Part shown: positions 15,381 to 28,032 of the stretch, one piece after another
Numbering within the stretch: position 1 is the first letter of the stretch
Layout of the letters: each line of letters begins with the position of its first letter
Origin: the human T2T-CHM13v2.0 reference genome, Homo sapiens
Length of the DNA stretch: 64,000 bases
Strand: one strand, 5' to 3'
Assembly: GCF_009914755.1 (NCBI RefSeq)
Contig: NC_060937.1
Translations under genes and position numbers: made by a program
The notes under the pieces: generated by a model
Databases searched by the model: none
What the model was told of the DNA's origin: nothing
The model's input: only the letters and a program-made list of their open reading frames with translations

Positions 15381-15780
15381 AAGTAAATATCACGTATGGT
15401 GGAGCTATGCCAGAGCAGCACCTTGTTTTGTATTTTCTTCCACCTAAATCATGCCTCTACTTCAGCAACTATGTCATCATTGTTTAGTTGCTTGCACATC
15501 TACCTCTCTTAGCATGAAGTATACTTTCTGAGTTTAAGAATATGTCTTTTTCATCTTTTCATGTCCAGGACATATGAGGCACTCAATATCTGTTGAATAA
15601 AGCATGATTTCATTATATTTTCATTGAAAAACTTAATTATTAATTTTCAGAAGTGTCATCCCTAGTAGGTTACTATTATTTAAGAGAAAAAGTTATGTTT
15701 TATAATTCTACAGGTTATTTCCTTACCCCAAATTAAGGTTTGGTCACTGCCCAATAGTGTCACTTTTAATCTGGTTCAAT

Positions 15781-16529
15781 TTTTTTTTAATTTTTAATTT
15801 TAATTTTTGTGGGTACATAGTAGGTGTATATATTTACAGGGTACATGAGGTGTTTTGATATAGGCATGCAATATGTAATAATCACATCATGGAAAAAGGG
15901 ATATCCATCTCCTCAAGCATTTATCCTTTGTGTTACAACAATCAGTTATACTTTTAGTTATTTTAAAATGTACAATTAAATCATTACTGACTATAGTCAC
16001 CCTGTTGTTGTGCTATCAAATACTGGGTCTTATTCTTTTTTTTTTTTTTTTTTACTATTTTTTTTATACCCATTACCCATTCCCATCCCCCTCTTCCCCA
16101 CTTACCCTTCCCAGGCTTTGGTTACCATCCTTCTACTCTCTATCTCTACAAGTTCAATTGTTTTGATTTTTAGATCCCACAAAGAAGTGAGAAGATGTGA
16201 TGTTTGTCTTTCTGTGTCTGGCTTCTTTCGCTTAACGTAATGATCTCCAGTTCCATCCATGTTGTTGCAAATGACAGCATCTCATTTTTTAATGGCTGAG
16301 TATTATATAAGTACTACATTTTCTTTATCCATTCAAGGGTTTATCCTACCTCTTCGGTGCTTCTTTCAGTGATATGATGTTAAAACTAGGTACTATAAGT
16401 GCTTATCTGAGGTTTGGTTCTTATAAAGGTACATTTTTTGTGTGTAGATAGTTGATAAGTTGGTGTCCTTGCTTGGGGAGGTGAGGCAATCGGTGAAGGC
16501 TTCTATTCTGCTATCTTGCTCTGTTCCTC
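15781..16529 (-). mobile_element. L1MA2/3-like element: 3' end (15781-16335) fused to its own 5' end (16336-16529)
   Basis: 3'UTR tttgtgggtacatagtaggtg...; minus strand of right part begins gaggaacagagcaagatagcagaatagaagccttcacc (L1M 5' terminus); degenerate TSD ctggttcaatttt/ctggttgagatttt. Confidence 0.8.
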
Positions 16530-17534
16530 CTGGTTGAGATTTTAATAAAAAGAGGGAAGTGGGTCTGGGGGATGCCAGGCCAAAGCCACTGGGTTGCTGC
16601 TATGAGGTCCCGAGGGAGTCCCACATAGTAAGATAAAGCACCACGTTTGGGGAAGGCTGAGCCATGATGGGGGCCACTAGGGCTGGAGGAGCGAGTAGTG
16701 ACAGAGATGGAGCTGGCAGATACATGATGGGTGGCAGAGTCTAAGGAGGAACAGAGGAGGGAGGGAGGATGCTGTGAGGCATCCACCATGTGTGATAGGG
16801 AAGAGAGGTTGTGTGCCTGGAGCAGAACAAAGAAGAGCTGAGGCCATATAGGCAATGGCAGTAGAGGAGATGGCTGGGGCGGGGGGGTGGGGGGCATTCA
16901 ATTATTGATTTGAGGTGATGTGAAACATTGGCAGGCATAACAAATGCTCAGGGGAGGGTGAATGAACTATTTAACTGTAAGAAAGAGGGATAAATGGGAG
17001 GGTCAGTATAGTGGTTCGTGGCTGTCAGGTAGACATCCTCCCAGCTCCAAGTAAGCCAGTGTGAGTGGGGTAGAGAGGAGAAGAGGACCCCACAAGTAAG
17101 GTCCAATCCAGATTGTGATGTCCTTCTGTTACCTGAGTGTTATGTTATACAACTCTGTACCAGAAATGCGTGTGGCTCACACAGTATGATCATTCACTCA
17201 TAATGTTAACATGTAATTTTCTCTGCTTTTGACCTGTTGGGTGAGTTTTGTCAACATTAATTTCATTGGTCTCTGTGTCTTCTTTTATGGTTTATGACTA
17301 TGGTTTGTGTTGATTGATGGCCAGACATTGTTTGAAAAATATAATAAAGCATTATGGAAATGCTGAGTAACTAGATTATTTTTGCTTATATGACTCAGAA
17401 TTGGCAACTTTACAATTTATGTTTTATCTCCTGTGGCTGATTACCTTGATTGATCAAGGCAAATGGAAATGGAGCCCACTTTGGGTGGCGTGGAGCATGG
17501 AGCCAGTGGACATTGGCAAAGTAGAGATGACAAC

Positions 17535-17645
17535 CTTTCAGAGCTGGAAAGGATGTTGTCCAATTTCTTCATTTTGCAATGTAGGAACTGAACTTGGAGA
17601 TGTCAAGTGACTTGCCAAGGTCATACTGTAGTAGGAGAACTAGGA
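17535..17645 (-). mobile_element. MIR fragment
   Basis: tcattttgcaatgtaggaactgaa...aagtgacttgccaaggtcata. Confidence 0.65.
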
Positions 17646-18239
17646 GGCCATTTTTCGTTTTTTCCGTTGAGGATAGAATCTTTAATATTTGTTAGTGACA
17701 GTCGGAAAAAACCACTATTTTCACTGTAAATATTTCACATATTTACATTTAATCACTGATTAAGTGTAAAATAAATTTAAAAATATTTAAATCAGGTTTC
17801 ATTTACCTGTGTTTCATGTATAATCTCCATTCTCATAGGTCTAGGGGTCTATTTTGAGAATCAGTGGAGAATTTGAAGAAGATAGGGAAATGATCAGATT
17901 TATACTTTAGGAAGTTAATCATCTAGTGGATGCATTCCTCATTATTGTGAATGAGTAAATAGAAAATTATATATACTTTAAAATATTTCTTAGTGCATTA
18001 CTATTAACTCAAAGCTAGTCTTAGTGGCATAATTTTTTATGCGTACAAGAAACATACTACTCTTGTTACTAATTATTTGCAGATACTGCCATTTGTTTTT
18101 CCTTGGGTTGACTTAGTTCAGATAGTTGAAACTTTTTATTGAGTGGTTTATAATAGTGATGTACAGTTGGGGTTATTCACACTTGGTGGTCTTTTAGAGC
18201 CCAGTGTGATGCAGAATAAGACATCTGTCATTTTGTAGT

Positions 18240-19064
18240 TGTCTCAGTTCTTTTAGGTTGCTATACAAACTGCATTAGACTGGTGGCTCATAAACAACAG
18301 AAATGTATTTCTCACAGTTCTGGAGGCTGGGAAGTCCAAGGTCAAGGCACTGGCAGATTTAGTGTCTAGTGAGAGTCTGCTTCCTCGTTCGTAGATGACT
18401 GTCTTCGTGCTGTATTCCCATGGTGAAAAGGGTAAGGGGTCTCTCTGGGTCCCTTTAATAAGGGCGCTGTTAAAATAAATTAAAACAGAAAGCCAGGCCT
18501 GCAGAACCCCTGAGCAGACAAAGCCAGTTAGCCTTCGTAACTGACCTTAACCCGGCTTGATTTGCAAATATAGCCAAAAGTTAACTTGAGCTATTTCTTA
18601 TAAATGCCTATATTAAACAGAAATGAAACTTAAGGCTAACCAATCAGAAGCTGCCAACTAAATTATAGTTATATAACTATATAACTAGGGACTTTCCAAC
18701 AAGATAGACAAAATAGTAAGGCAACTGTATAACTATAACCAAATTGTTTTACATCTGTATTCACTCTCTAAAAGTCTGTCTTTAATGCTTCTCCAAAGAA
18801 GCCCCCAAACCACTCATGGTTTGGAGCTCCTGATTCACAAATCAGTTTGCTCAAATAAACTCTTTAAAATTTTATTGTGCCTCTGCAGAATACCTGGTGT
18901 TCAGCACTATACCTCAGTACCTTTTAATGGCACTAATATCATTTACAAAGACTATCTCTCATGACCTAATCACCCTCTAAAGGCCCCATCTCCAAATACC
19001 GTCACACTGGAGATTAGGTTTCAACATGTAAAGTTTGGGGACACACAAGCATCAGTCCATAAAA
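18240..19064 (-). mobile_element. MLT1A-like MaLR solo LTR, split by an ERV1 LTR
   Basis: aaacaacagaaatgtatttctcacagttctggaggctgggaagtccaag...taagggc|actaat...atgacctaatcacc; 5-bp TSD gtagt/ggagt. Confidence 0.85.
18468..18929 (+). mobile_element. MER57/MER93-family ERV1 solo LTR
   Basis: tgttaaaataaatt start, aaccaatcag CCAAT box, gctcaaataaactc polyA signal, ccttttaatg end; TSD gcgc/gcac. Confidence 0.75.
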
Positions 19065-19185
19065 GGAGTCATCAATGGAGGCCCCCTAGAAATCCACTTC
19101 AGACTTGCTGTGGAACATACCCTATATCCATATATTCTTTGATTCACTGCTATAGAATGAAGCATTGCTGTCGCTCATTAAAATG

Positions 19186-20240
19186 ATTTTTTTTTTAATT
19201 TTTGTGGGTACATAGTAGGTATATTATATTTATGGGGTACATGAGATATTTTGATACAGAGACATAAAATGCATAATAATCACATCAGAGTAAATGGGGT
19301 ATCCATCACCTCAAGAATTTATCATTTCTTCATGTTACAAGCAATCCATTACTTTTAGTTATTTTTAAATGTACAATAAATTATTGTTGACTGTAGTCAA
19401 CAACACCCCACAGAACCCCACAGAATGGGGTTCTTGTAAAGTATTGACAAGAGATTAATGGATAGTTTGCAAATATTTTCTCCCATTCTGTGGGTTGTCT
19501 CTTCACTTTGTTGATTGTTTTCTTTGCAGTGTAGAGGTTTTTAAACTTCATGTGATTTCATTTGTCCATTTTTGCTTTGGTTGCTTGTGCTTGTGGGATA
19601 TTACTCAAGAAATCTTTGCCCAGACCAATGTCCTGGAGAGTTTCTCAATAGTTTTCTTTTAGTAGTTTCATAGTTTGAAGTCTTATATTTAAGTCTTTAA
19701 TCCGTTTTGATTTTATTTTTGTGTATGGCAAGACATATGGGTCTAGTTTCATTCTTCTGCATATGGATATCCAGTTTTCCAAGTACCACTTATTGAAGAG
19801 ATTGTCCTTTCCCCAATATATACATTCTTGGCACCTCTGTCAAAAACTAGTTCACTGTAGATGTATAGATTTATTTATGGATTCTCTATTCTGTTTCATT
19901 AGTCTATGTGTCTGTTTTTATGCCAGTATCATGATGTATTGATTACTATAGCTCTGTAGTGTAATTTGTGAAGTCAGGTAATGTGATTCCTTTCATTTTG
20001 TTGTTTTTTCTCAGGATAGCTTTGGTTATTCTGGGTCTTTTGTGGTTCTATGTAAATGGTTAGGATTTTTTTTTTCTGTTTCTGTGAAGAATGTCATCGA
20101 TATTCTGATGGAGATGACATTCAATCTGTAGATTGCTTTGGGTGGTATAAACATTTTAACAATATTAATTCTTCCAATCCATGAATATGGAATAGCTTTC
20201 CATTTTTTTGTATCCTCTTCAGTTTTTTGCATCAGTGTTC
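19186..20240 (-). mobile_element. L1MA3/4-like fragment with an internal deletion and complex junction at about 19400-19458
   Basis: L1MA 3'UTR to 19399 then jumps to ORF2 (gatagtttgcaaatattttctcccattctgtggg); ORF2 remnant in ORF 20026-20232. Confidence 0.85.
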
Positions 20241-20469
20241 GCTATTTCTCATTTTATTTTATAATCTGGGATATTAGTTCATTTATTAAGTGCACACGTA
20301 TGTATCTGTGTGTTTACTGCTCTGCGGAAATACAAACTAGTATAAAACATGATCCTCTAGTTAGGGAGAATAGGCATAAATATATGAAAAGTTGAATATT
20401 TTACCAAGATGAGGCCTCACAAAATATTATATATATCTCAATTATCTTTTCAAGTAATAGCTTTCACTT

Positions 20470-20640
20470 TTTGAATTATCTTATCCACATAACTTACTTT
20501 TTAATTTCTGCAAGGGAAGGTTTTTACTTACGAGAAAAAACAAAGCTCGGAGAGATGAACTTGCCCAATGTCAAATAGAAAGTGAAGAAAGTGCACAAAT
20601 TGAAACTGGGGCTGTCTGTATTCACAGACCTTATCATTTC
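20470..20640 (-). mobile_element. MIR fragment
   Basis: aaaacaaagctcggagagatgaacttgcccaatgtca...tgaaactggggctgtctg. Confidence 0.55.
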
Positions 20641-20654
20641 TCATAAAGCCAGTA

Positions 20655-21200
20655 TGATGGAGATTTACCAATTTCTTTTTTGCCATCCAGGTATCAGAAC
20701 CCACTCTCTATGTTTGGGAAATGCTCTCCCTCTGATGCCATCCAGCTACTCACCTCTCCAGGGTTCTTGCTGTTAAGGCATGGGGCTGGGCTCTGCCAAT
20801 CAGATCCATCTTCTCTCGAGACTATGAGAAACTGGGACACAAGGAAGCACACACCACCCAGAATATATTTGGACAACATTTGGGGGTGGAGGCGGCAACC
20901 ATATTTGGTTCTCAAAGGCAGCAGTGGCAGTAGAGTTCCTGCAGCAGCACCCAGGGTCTGGTCACTGGCTGCTGGAAGGTGCTGTGCTGTCTGGGTCCAG
21001 CAGGAGTTCCAATGTCTTTACCTGATAAGTCTTGTGGTTTGACTGTGGGAATTGTTTCCAGCTGTAAAATCCATAAGTTTGCTTCTCTAGCCCTCCCAGA
21101 GAATATATGGGCTATCCAACATCTTTTAAATAGTTTCTGTTTCTGCTTTAATTAACCAGGGTCAGTTTCTATTATTTGCATCTAAAAGTCCTGACTGTGA
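20655..21200 (+). mobile_element. Ancient ERVL 5' LTR (LTR33/LTR16-like)
   Basis: gggctctgccaatcagat, ...ctgctttaattaaccagggtcagtttctattatttgca...cctgactg end, followed by PBS-like aaattgtgccagaagt. Confidence 0.6.
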
Positions 21201-22880
21201 CTGAAAATTGTGCCAGAAGTTGTAGGCAACAGTTATTCAGGAAAACAGGAGGGAAACTGTACTTTATTCTCTGTCTTGGTAGGGTTTAAGGGGAATTGGA
21301 AATCAGGTTGATATTAAGAAACTGAACCTGAGCATCCATCGAAATTTGTGAAGAAAAAACAAAACAAAACAAAACAGTTAATCAAATGATCACTTGTGTC
21401 CACTCGGGTGATAGCCCCCTTGAATGCTAGGTTTGGGAGGAAAAATGTATGCTGCAAGAGAGTGGTTGAAGGGTGTGGAGGAATTCAAGGATTGTAGAGT
21501 TAAGCAATGGACACTTCAATGGCAGAAAATGACAAACTGAAAGTCTTCAACTCTCAGCTCAAGCCACCCACTGAAAACTAGTCACTTTCTAAGATAGTGC
21601 TGAATTGGAACCCACACTCAAAGATTTATCCTCCAAGTTGCTTCTTTACATCAATGTATAACCTTTTCTAGCCTCTTAGATCAAAGTTGGGGCTCTGACA
21701 TAGGGTATTAAGTAGGTGCCAACACAGGGTGGAGACGTGAGAGAAGTTGGGTTGCTCAGTGTGTAAATCTTCCCATGCCAGTGCACTGTCCTCCCCTGCA
21801 ACCAAGGTAGGCATGTCCCAGAGCCTATTTTAAAGTCAAACTCCCCAAATTTACAAAATTTTGCTGCTATGTTTGCAAAAATCTGGCTGATGCACGTGGC
21901 AATAAATTCTGAGGATGTTGACTAAAGTGGGAGGACTGTGATTGAGATCAAGTACGATATGTCAATATATGTACCTGCACCTCATCTATATACAATCTAG
22001 GTGCGGGTACCTAGATTGTGACTAGGTTGAACACAATATTCAACTGGGGTTGATTGTAGTTACTTATTGTGGTCAACTGATGAAACTTGGACTCAGCGGT
22101 GGCCTAGATATTTGTGTTATACTATAAAGGAAGAAATGAAACAGATGTAGGAAAGTGGGAGGGAATTTTTTTGTGTGCCATCAATTTCTTAATTCTTAAC
22201 TCTGGCTCCAAGGCCTTGTTGATGCATGCATTGAGAAATTCATTGGTGAAGAGAATTCCAGCATTAAAAAAATCCCTATAGAGGATGTTCTTTGTGGATC
22301 TAGAATGCAGTGAGAGGAGACACAGCTGAAATGAGCTCTCTGATTTCACTGGGATACTAGGATCCCAGAGTAGCAGAAGCCCCATAGCAGCACTTAAACA
22401 TTGGACGCAAATGGGTCTGGGCAGATGTGGAGAAGGTGGAGGGGGAGTCAGTGTGTCGTCAAAATGGTCTAACCCTAGAAATCTTTGACATTTGCTAATC
22501 AGTCATTGGTGTCCTAGAAATAAATTATATGTACAACCCAGCAAGAGAATATTTGATTTCTAAAATAATACTAACACCAACCAAAACTCAAAGACTCTAG
22601 GTATGGCCATCAGGGACCTAAATTCAAACCACATAAGAAAGTGTTGGCCTTTTACCAATTTCCAAACTTAAATTTTCAGATACTAAAAGGATGCCTAGGT
22701 ACTCTTGAAAAAGAACTCTGTGTTCATATCACATAAGCATATTTCTTCCAGCCTTCTGCAAAGGGACCTTCAGCTATTGGGATGACTGTGCATTGGGAAA
22801 GAGAAATGTCTAGACCTTTTAGGGGTAATACAACAGTTGCTCAGAGTTAAACTAGAATTAAGCTAGTTCCTGGGAATACC

Positions 22881-23100
22881 ATTCATTCATCTGTTCATTC
22901 ATTTGAACAATTTTTATTGATTGCCTACTGTGTGTCAGACACTGGGGACTGGTAATATTTTAGTGAACCAACCAACCAAAATTTTCTGCCTTAGTGGAGT
23001 GAAAATTTTAGAGGAAGAAAAATTAACAGGTGAAATATATGGTGTGTCAGGTAGTGATTTAATGTCCTGGCAAAAATAAATTAGGGGTGGGGTGAGGAGT
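22881..23100 (-). mobile_element. L2 3' end
   Basis: attcattcat...catttgaacaatttttattgattgcctactgtgtgtcagacactgggg. Confidence 0.75.
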
Positions 23101-23309
23101 GAGGAATTCTTCATTTCTCATGGAGCCAATTGGGATTAGAATAGAGGGAAATAGGGCTGGGATTCTTGTGGTGCCCAGTGTAGACATAGATTGAATAAAT
23201 AATGTAGTAATACACAACACCAAATACATAAAGTAGTAAATGGAAAACAATTTTACTTGGCTGAAGGAACCAAAAATTTACCAGTAGGGACTTAAAAGAT
23301 GCAAGGGTC

Positions 23310-23624
23310 GGCCAGGCGTGGTAGCTCACACCTGTAATCCCAGCACTTTGGGAGGCCGAGGCGGGCGGATCACGAGGTCAGGAGATCGAGACCATCCTGG
23401 CTAACACGGTGAAACCCTGTCTCTACTAAAAATACAAAAAATTAGCCAGGTGTGGTGGCGGGCGCCTGTAGTCCCAGCTACTCAGGAGGTTAGGCAGGAG
23501 AATGGTGTGAACACAGGAGACGGAGCTTGCAGTGAGCCAAGATCGTGCCACTGCACTCCAGCCTGGGCGACAGAGCAAGACTCCATCTCAAGAAACAAAC
23601 AAACAAAAAAACAAAAACAAAAAC
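23310..23624 (+). mobile_element. AluY
   Basis: gagatcgagaccatcctggctaacacgg; 16-bp TSD aaaagatgcaa(g/c)ggtc at 23294-23309 and 23625-23640. Confidence 0.95.
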
Positions 23625-24447
23625 AAAAGATGCAACGGTCTCCATTTAACTTCCCCATATGACTGATGCAGGAGGCAGATGCGTGTCAGAGAAAGAAGTA
23701 TTTGTACTTCTAATATAGAAGCTTAAATCCTAATATAGGATTTAAACTAAGCATGCATTGTAGAGAAACTAGCTCATCATGGATGATCCGTAAATACTGC
23801 ATTATATCCTTGAGTCCTCATCCCCATTGACACCATCAACCTTTGCACTGCTGATCTTGTTATTAATTTTAAAGCACTTAGCTGCTCAGCAGGTCTCCAT
23901 GGAGTGGTGCTAGAGAGTCAAGTACTATTCAGTATCTGAATATTATCAGCTGTGAGCTTGATTGATGGTTATATTGTTTGTTTCATGAATGGCTTCCCTT
24001 TCTGCTTAGTTTTATCATCATTAATCAGTGGGGTAGCCTGCTGGGTGTTGGAATCTAAACCAAAATTAAAATCTGTTTATTCAGGATGGTTTCAGTGAAT
24101 CATAGTACAGCAAGAGAAGAATGGTGCAAAGGCTTATCTTTCAGTACATTTGTTTCAGAAACCATTAGTTCAGTTATACGGAGTGTGTTCACTTTTAGCC
24201 TTGAGCTGGGTAACTTTGGATTTGATCCAGAGCATTAAAGTACAAAGAGAAAATTTCCTCCTATTTAATGCAGTACTTTGTTAATAACATGAAGAAAAAT
24301 GATGTCAGTTCTCTTTTCTGGAATATATAGCCTGAATTATCCACATTAATTCTCTTTTATTTTTGTTGTAAAAAGTTTTTTCCTCTATTATAAAATAAAC
24401 ATATTTATTATAGATAATCTAGAAAATTCAGAAAAGTGAAAAGTAAA

Positions 24448-24982
24448 TGTGTTAGTTTTCTATTGATGCATGACCAATCACCACATACTTAGTAGCTTAA
24501 AACAATATACATTTATTATCTCACAGCTTCTGTGGGTCAGGAATCTTGTCTTGGCTTAGTTGGGTCCCCTGCTCAGAGTTTCACAAGGCTGTGTTCAAGG
24601 TGTCGGCCAGGGCTATGGTCTGGTTGGAGGCTTGGGGTCCCATTCCAAGCTAAGGTTGTGGTGACAGAATTCATTTTCTGCAGCTGTAGAACTCATGGTG
24701 GCTTGTTTCTGCAAGGTCACAGAAATCTTTCCTTTCAGGGAAGGTCTAGGCCCCTGTCAAAGGACATACATGTGTAGGTCAGACCCACTCTGGAGTAATC
24801 TTATTGACGAACTCAAAGTCAATTGTAGGTACTTTGATTACCTCTGTGAAATCCCTTCACTTTTGCCATATAACAAAATAAAATCACAGGAACAATATTC
24901 CATCATATTCACAGGACCAGCCAACACTCGGGGAGGAGGGAATGATATATAGTTTTGGGTCCTTAGAATTCTGTCAATCACA
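24448..24982 (-). mobile_element. MLT1E-like MaLR solo LTR
   Basis: tgtgttagttttctattg...acatttattatctcacagcttctgtgggtcaggaat...cttagaattctgtcaatcaca; TSD gtaaa/ggaaa. Confidence 0.8.
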
Positions 24983-25484
24983 GGAAAGATATTCAAATGA
25001 GGTATAGTAACAACAACCTCAAAATTTTAAGGTTTTTTTTCTATATTTTCTCCTACACAGAGTGTTCTTAACGTAGTTGGTGTTACATTACATATTGCAT
25101 GACATTTGTTCTTTTATTTTTATTATGGAAAATTTCAAGTGTACACAAAAGTAGAAAGAAGACTGGAGTAAGCTCCTCTGAATCCACCACCTGGCTTCAA
25201 AAATAATAATCATTCTGTTCTTGGCACAAGTGTGATGATTTTTAAAACCGTGTCAGAAAATATCACTCCCCTGTTCAAACCTGACGTAATTTTCATTGTC
25301 TTTTGGAATAAAAGCAGGAAAACAGTGCTTTACTTAATTAGTCCCCATTGTTGAAATAATAATGTTATAGTACATATTTTTGCTTACAAACCTTATCCAT
25401 CTGAAGTATTATTTTCATAGGCTAAAATTCCAGAAGTGGAATGATTAGGCCACAAATATAAACATTTAAAATATTTTTGATGCA

Positions 25485-26097
25485 TATATCAACTGGGGTT
25501 CAGTGAGAGAACAAAGCCATGGAGAATAATAGAAAAATATTTATTATAAGATATTAAAAGCCTTACAGAATCCGGGGAGAAAGTCTAGATTGAACTTCCA
25601 GGAATAATTCTCTATGCTTTCCTCTGAATTGGGCCAGCAAGGGTACTGATGCCTCTTTTATGAATGGTCAGGAAACCACCTGCTGAATTGAAAAGTGACC
25701 ACCAGCACTGCAGGATCCAGAACCACACCATGCTGGCTGAAACTCATGCCAGCAAATGGATGCCTCAGATTTGACCTATGTAAAGACAGTGAAGGGACAC
25801 TGTAGTTCTCTTAACTCTGTCATCATAAACCCAAATGCCTCTACATCTATGGTTGCCAAAAGAAATGCCAAGCAGCCAAAAAGGCCTCTGCCTCATGTCT
25901 GCTTCTCAAATCTCACCAAGAGGCATTGACTTGTACCAACACAAACCATGTCAGAATTGCAGCGACCAGGGCATCTGGAAAATGGAGTTTCAGCTTTCTG
26001 GCTTTTGCAGTTTAGCAAGTTAGGAAACTATTTTAGTCTAATTATTTTAGAATAAGAGAAATGGCTGTTGAGTAACAATCCAACACACCCATGGCAA
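25485..26097 (-). mobile_element. Ancient LTR (LTR78/79-like)
   Basis: gcctcatgtctgcttctcaaatctc...catctggaaaatggagtttcagctttctggcttttgcag; heavily diverged. Confidence 0.45.
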
Positions 26098-27716
26098 TAC
26101 CTTCTAAAGTATGTCAATTGCTTCTAAAGATGTTATGACAGGTTGTGGTCCCATCAGGAAGGGATCTGATATTGGAATGTACCCATTTCACAAGACTACA
26201 ACCTATGGTTGGGTTTAGTTCCTTAAAAACCTTTGCAGGAGATATATTTTTGATAGACCATCATAGGACCATACTGCTTTTGAGATTGATTATCCGTGAG
26301 GTTGACCACTTTCCCAAATATTTGATAAGTGATGTTTTATTTTTTGAAGTAACTAGCCATCTCTTTCCCATGAATATATTAGGTCCTTAGTTTTTTTCCT
26401 ACTGAATTTACACATGTGTATATTTTTTATTGTGATAAAATATAAACATAAACCATAAAATTTACCATTTTGACCATTTTCAAGTGCACAGTTCTGGGCA
26501 TTAAGTATCTTCACATTGTTGTGCAGCTCTATCTGTATCTGTTTTAAAATAATTAACTTTATTGAATTTGCTGCAAATGTTTTTTCAAGTTTCTCATTTA
26601 ATTGTTTGACATAGTGTTCAAAAGATTTTATATCAAGTTTTCCAATACTTCAGATTTCTTCTTTTTTCAAAAAAAGGCTTGGACTTAAAATTTAAATCTT
26701 TTAACTTTGAAGGTTTAAATCTATGATATGGTCAAGGTTTTGTTTGTTTATATATATATATATTTTTCAGCAAATATGAATATCTTACATACTATAGCTT
26801 TATAATATATTGAAATATCTTATGACATTGATCTTTGTTTTTAGTTTTTATTTGGCCTGCTCATCTGTCCTGAAATAATAACAACGCTTCCAAGAGGTAC
26901 TTACCAGTTCACTTAAGCTTTGTAAAAATTGCATGTGCTAATGTTCATTTGTAAATGTGTGAATCTTTATTTATTCCTATAATTTTTCATCCTGAATGTT
27001 TTCTTTTGCAGTTGGAATAAATTAGCAGACATGAAGAGAGTATAAATCCCCTCGACAAAAAAAAAAAAGAGGCTTTTTTCTGTAGGTTTGCTATACAGGT
27101 CCTTGACACACTCAACAGGACTCTAAATTTCATTTTACGGCAATTGCTTTTAGAATGGGTGGTTATAAATGATTACTTTTTTCTTTTTACATTACTAGTG
27201 TTTTTAGTTTGTATATTTGGTATCATAGTTTTTCAAATCCAGCACATTTGGAATTTATAGGTTAGATAGGACAGGGCTGTTATTTGGAATCTCTGTGCAA
27301 AAATAGCATTGCCGACACTTTATTTAGGGAAAACTTAATCTGCCTAAGTAACTAAAAATTTATATTGTAACATCTCTTTTGTGATCATAAAAAACTCATG
27401 ATTCAATGTGAATAGATAGTCTGGTGGGAAGGCAGAAAGCAGGTTGACATGAGCAAAGAATTTTATGACTTCTTAAGACATGACACTGGACAATTGATTA
27501 AAAAATTGTGTATGGGATGTTAAATTTTATAGATATGATCTCACATTTGAATGAGGAGATAATGCTAATGTTTATTTATTCAGTCCACATGCATTTATTA
27601 TTGAATGCCTAGTGTGTGTTAGCATATGGGATAGCAAGGAAGGCACACTGTGGCTAGAAGACACTGAGTAAGAAGGCATTTGACTTAAGTCTGCTTGATT
27701 ATTTCATTAAAAGTCA

Positions 27717-28032
<316 letters not shown>

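Larger units (their letters stand above)
21201..23700 (+). mobile_element. Degenerate ERVL internal region (gag-pro-pol remnant), interrupted by L2 and AluY
   Basis: Residual ERVL-like peptides: ENDKLKVFNSQLK (~21525), ETWTQRWP (~22082), MTVHWE (~22781), DLKDARV (~23289), SPFNFPI (~23639); all frames broken. Confidence 0.65.

Noticed and set aside
16320-16355. Collapsed L1MA as a spliced retrocopy
   Set aside because: The obvious donor (GAG|GTAGGA on the minus strand) is retained rather than removed at the junction, so simple splicing does not fit.
16511-16938. Ser/Pro-rich minus-strand ORFs
   Set aside because: Low-complexity translation of a purine-rich tract with no recognisable domain or splice context.
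26895-27090. Splice-like signals (minus-strand CTG|GTAAGT at about 26905; plus-strand ttttgcAG at 27011)
   Set aside because: They are on opposite strands and have no convincing partner sites, so no exon can be defined.
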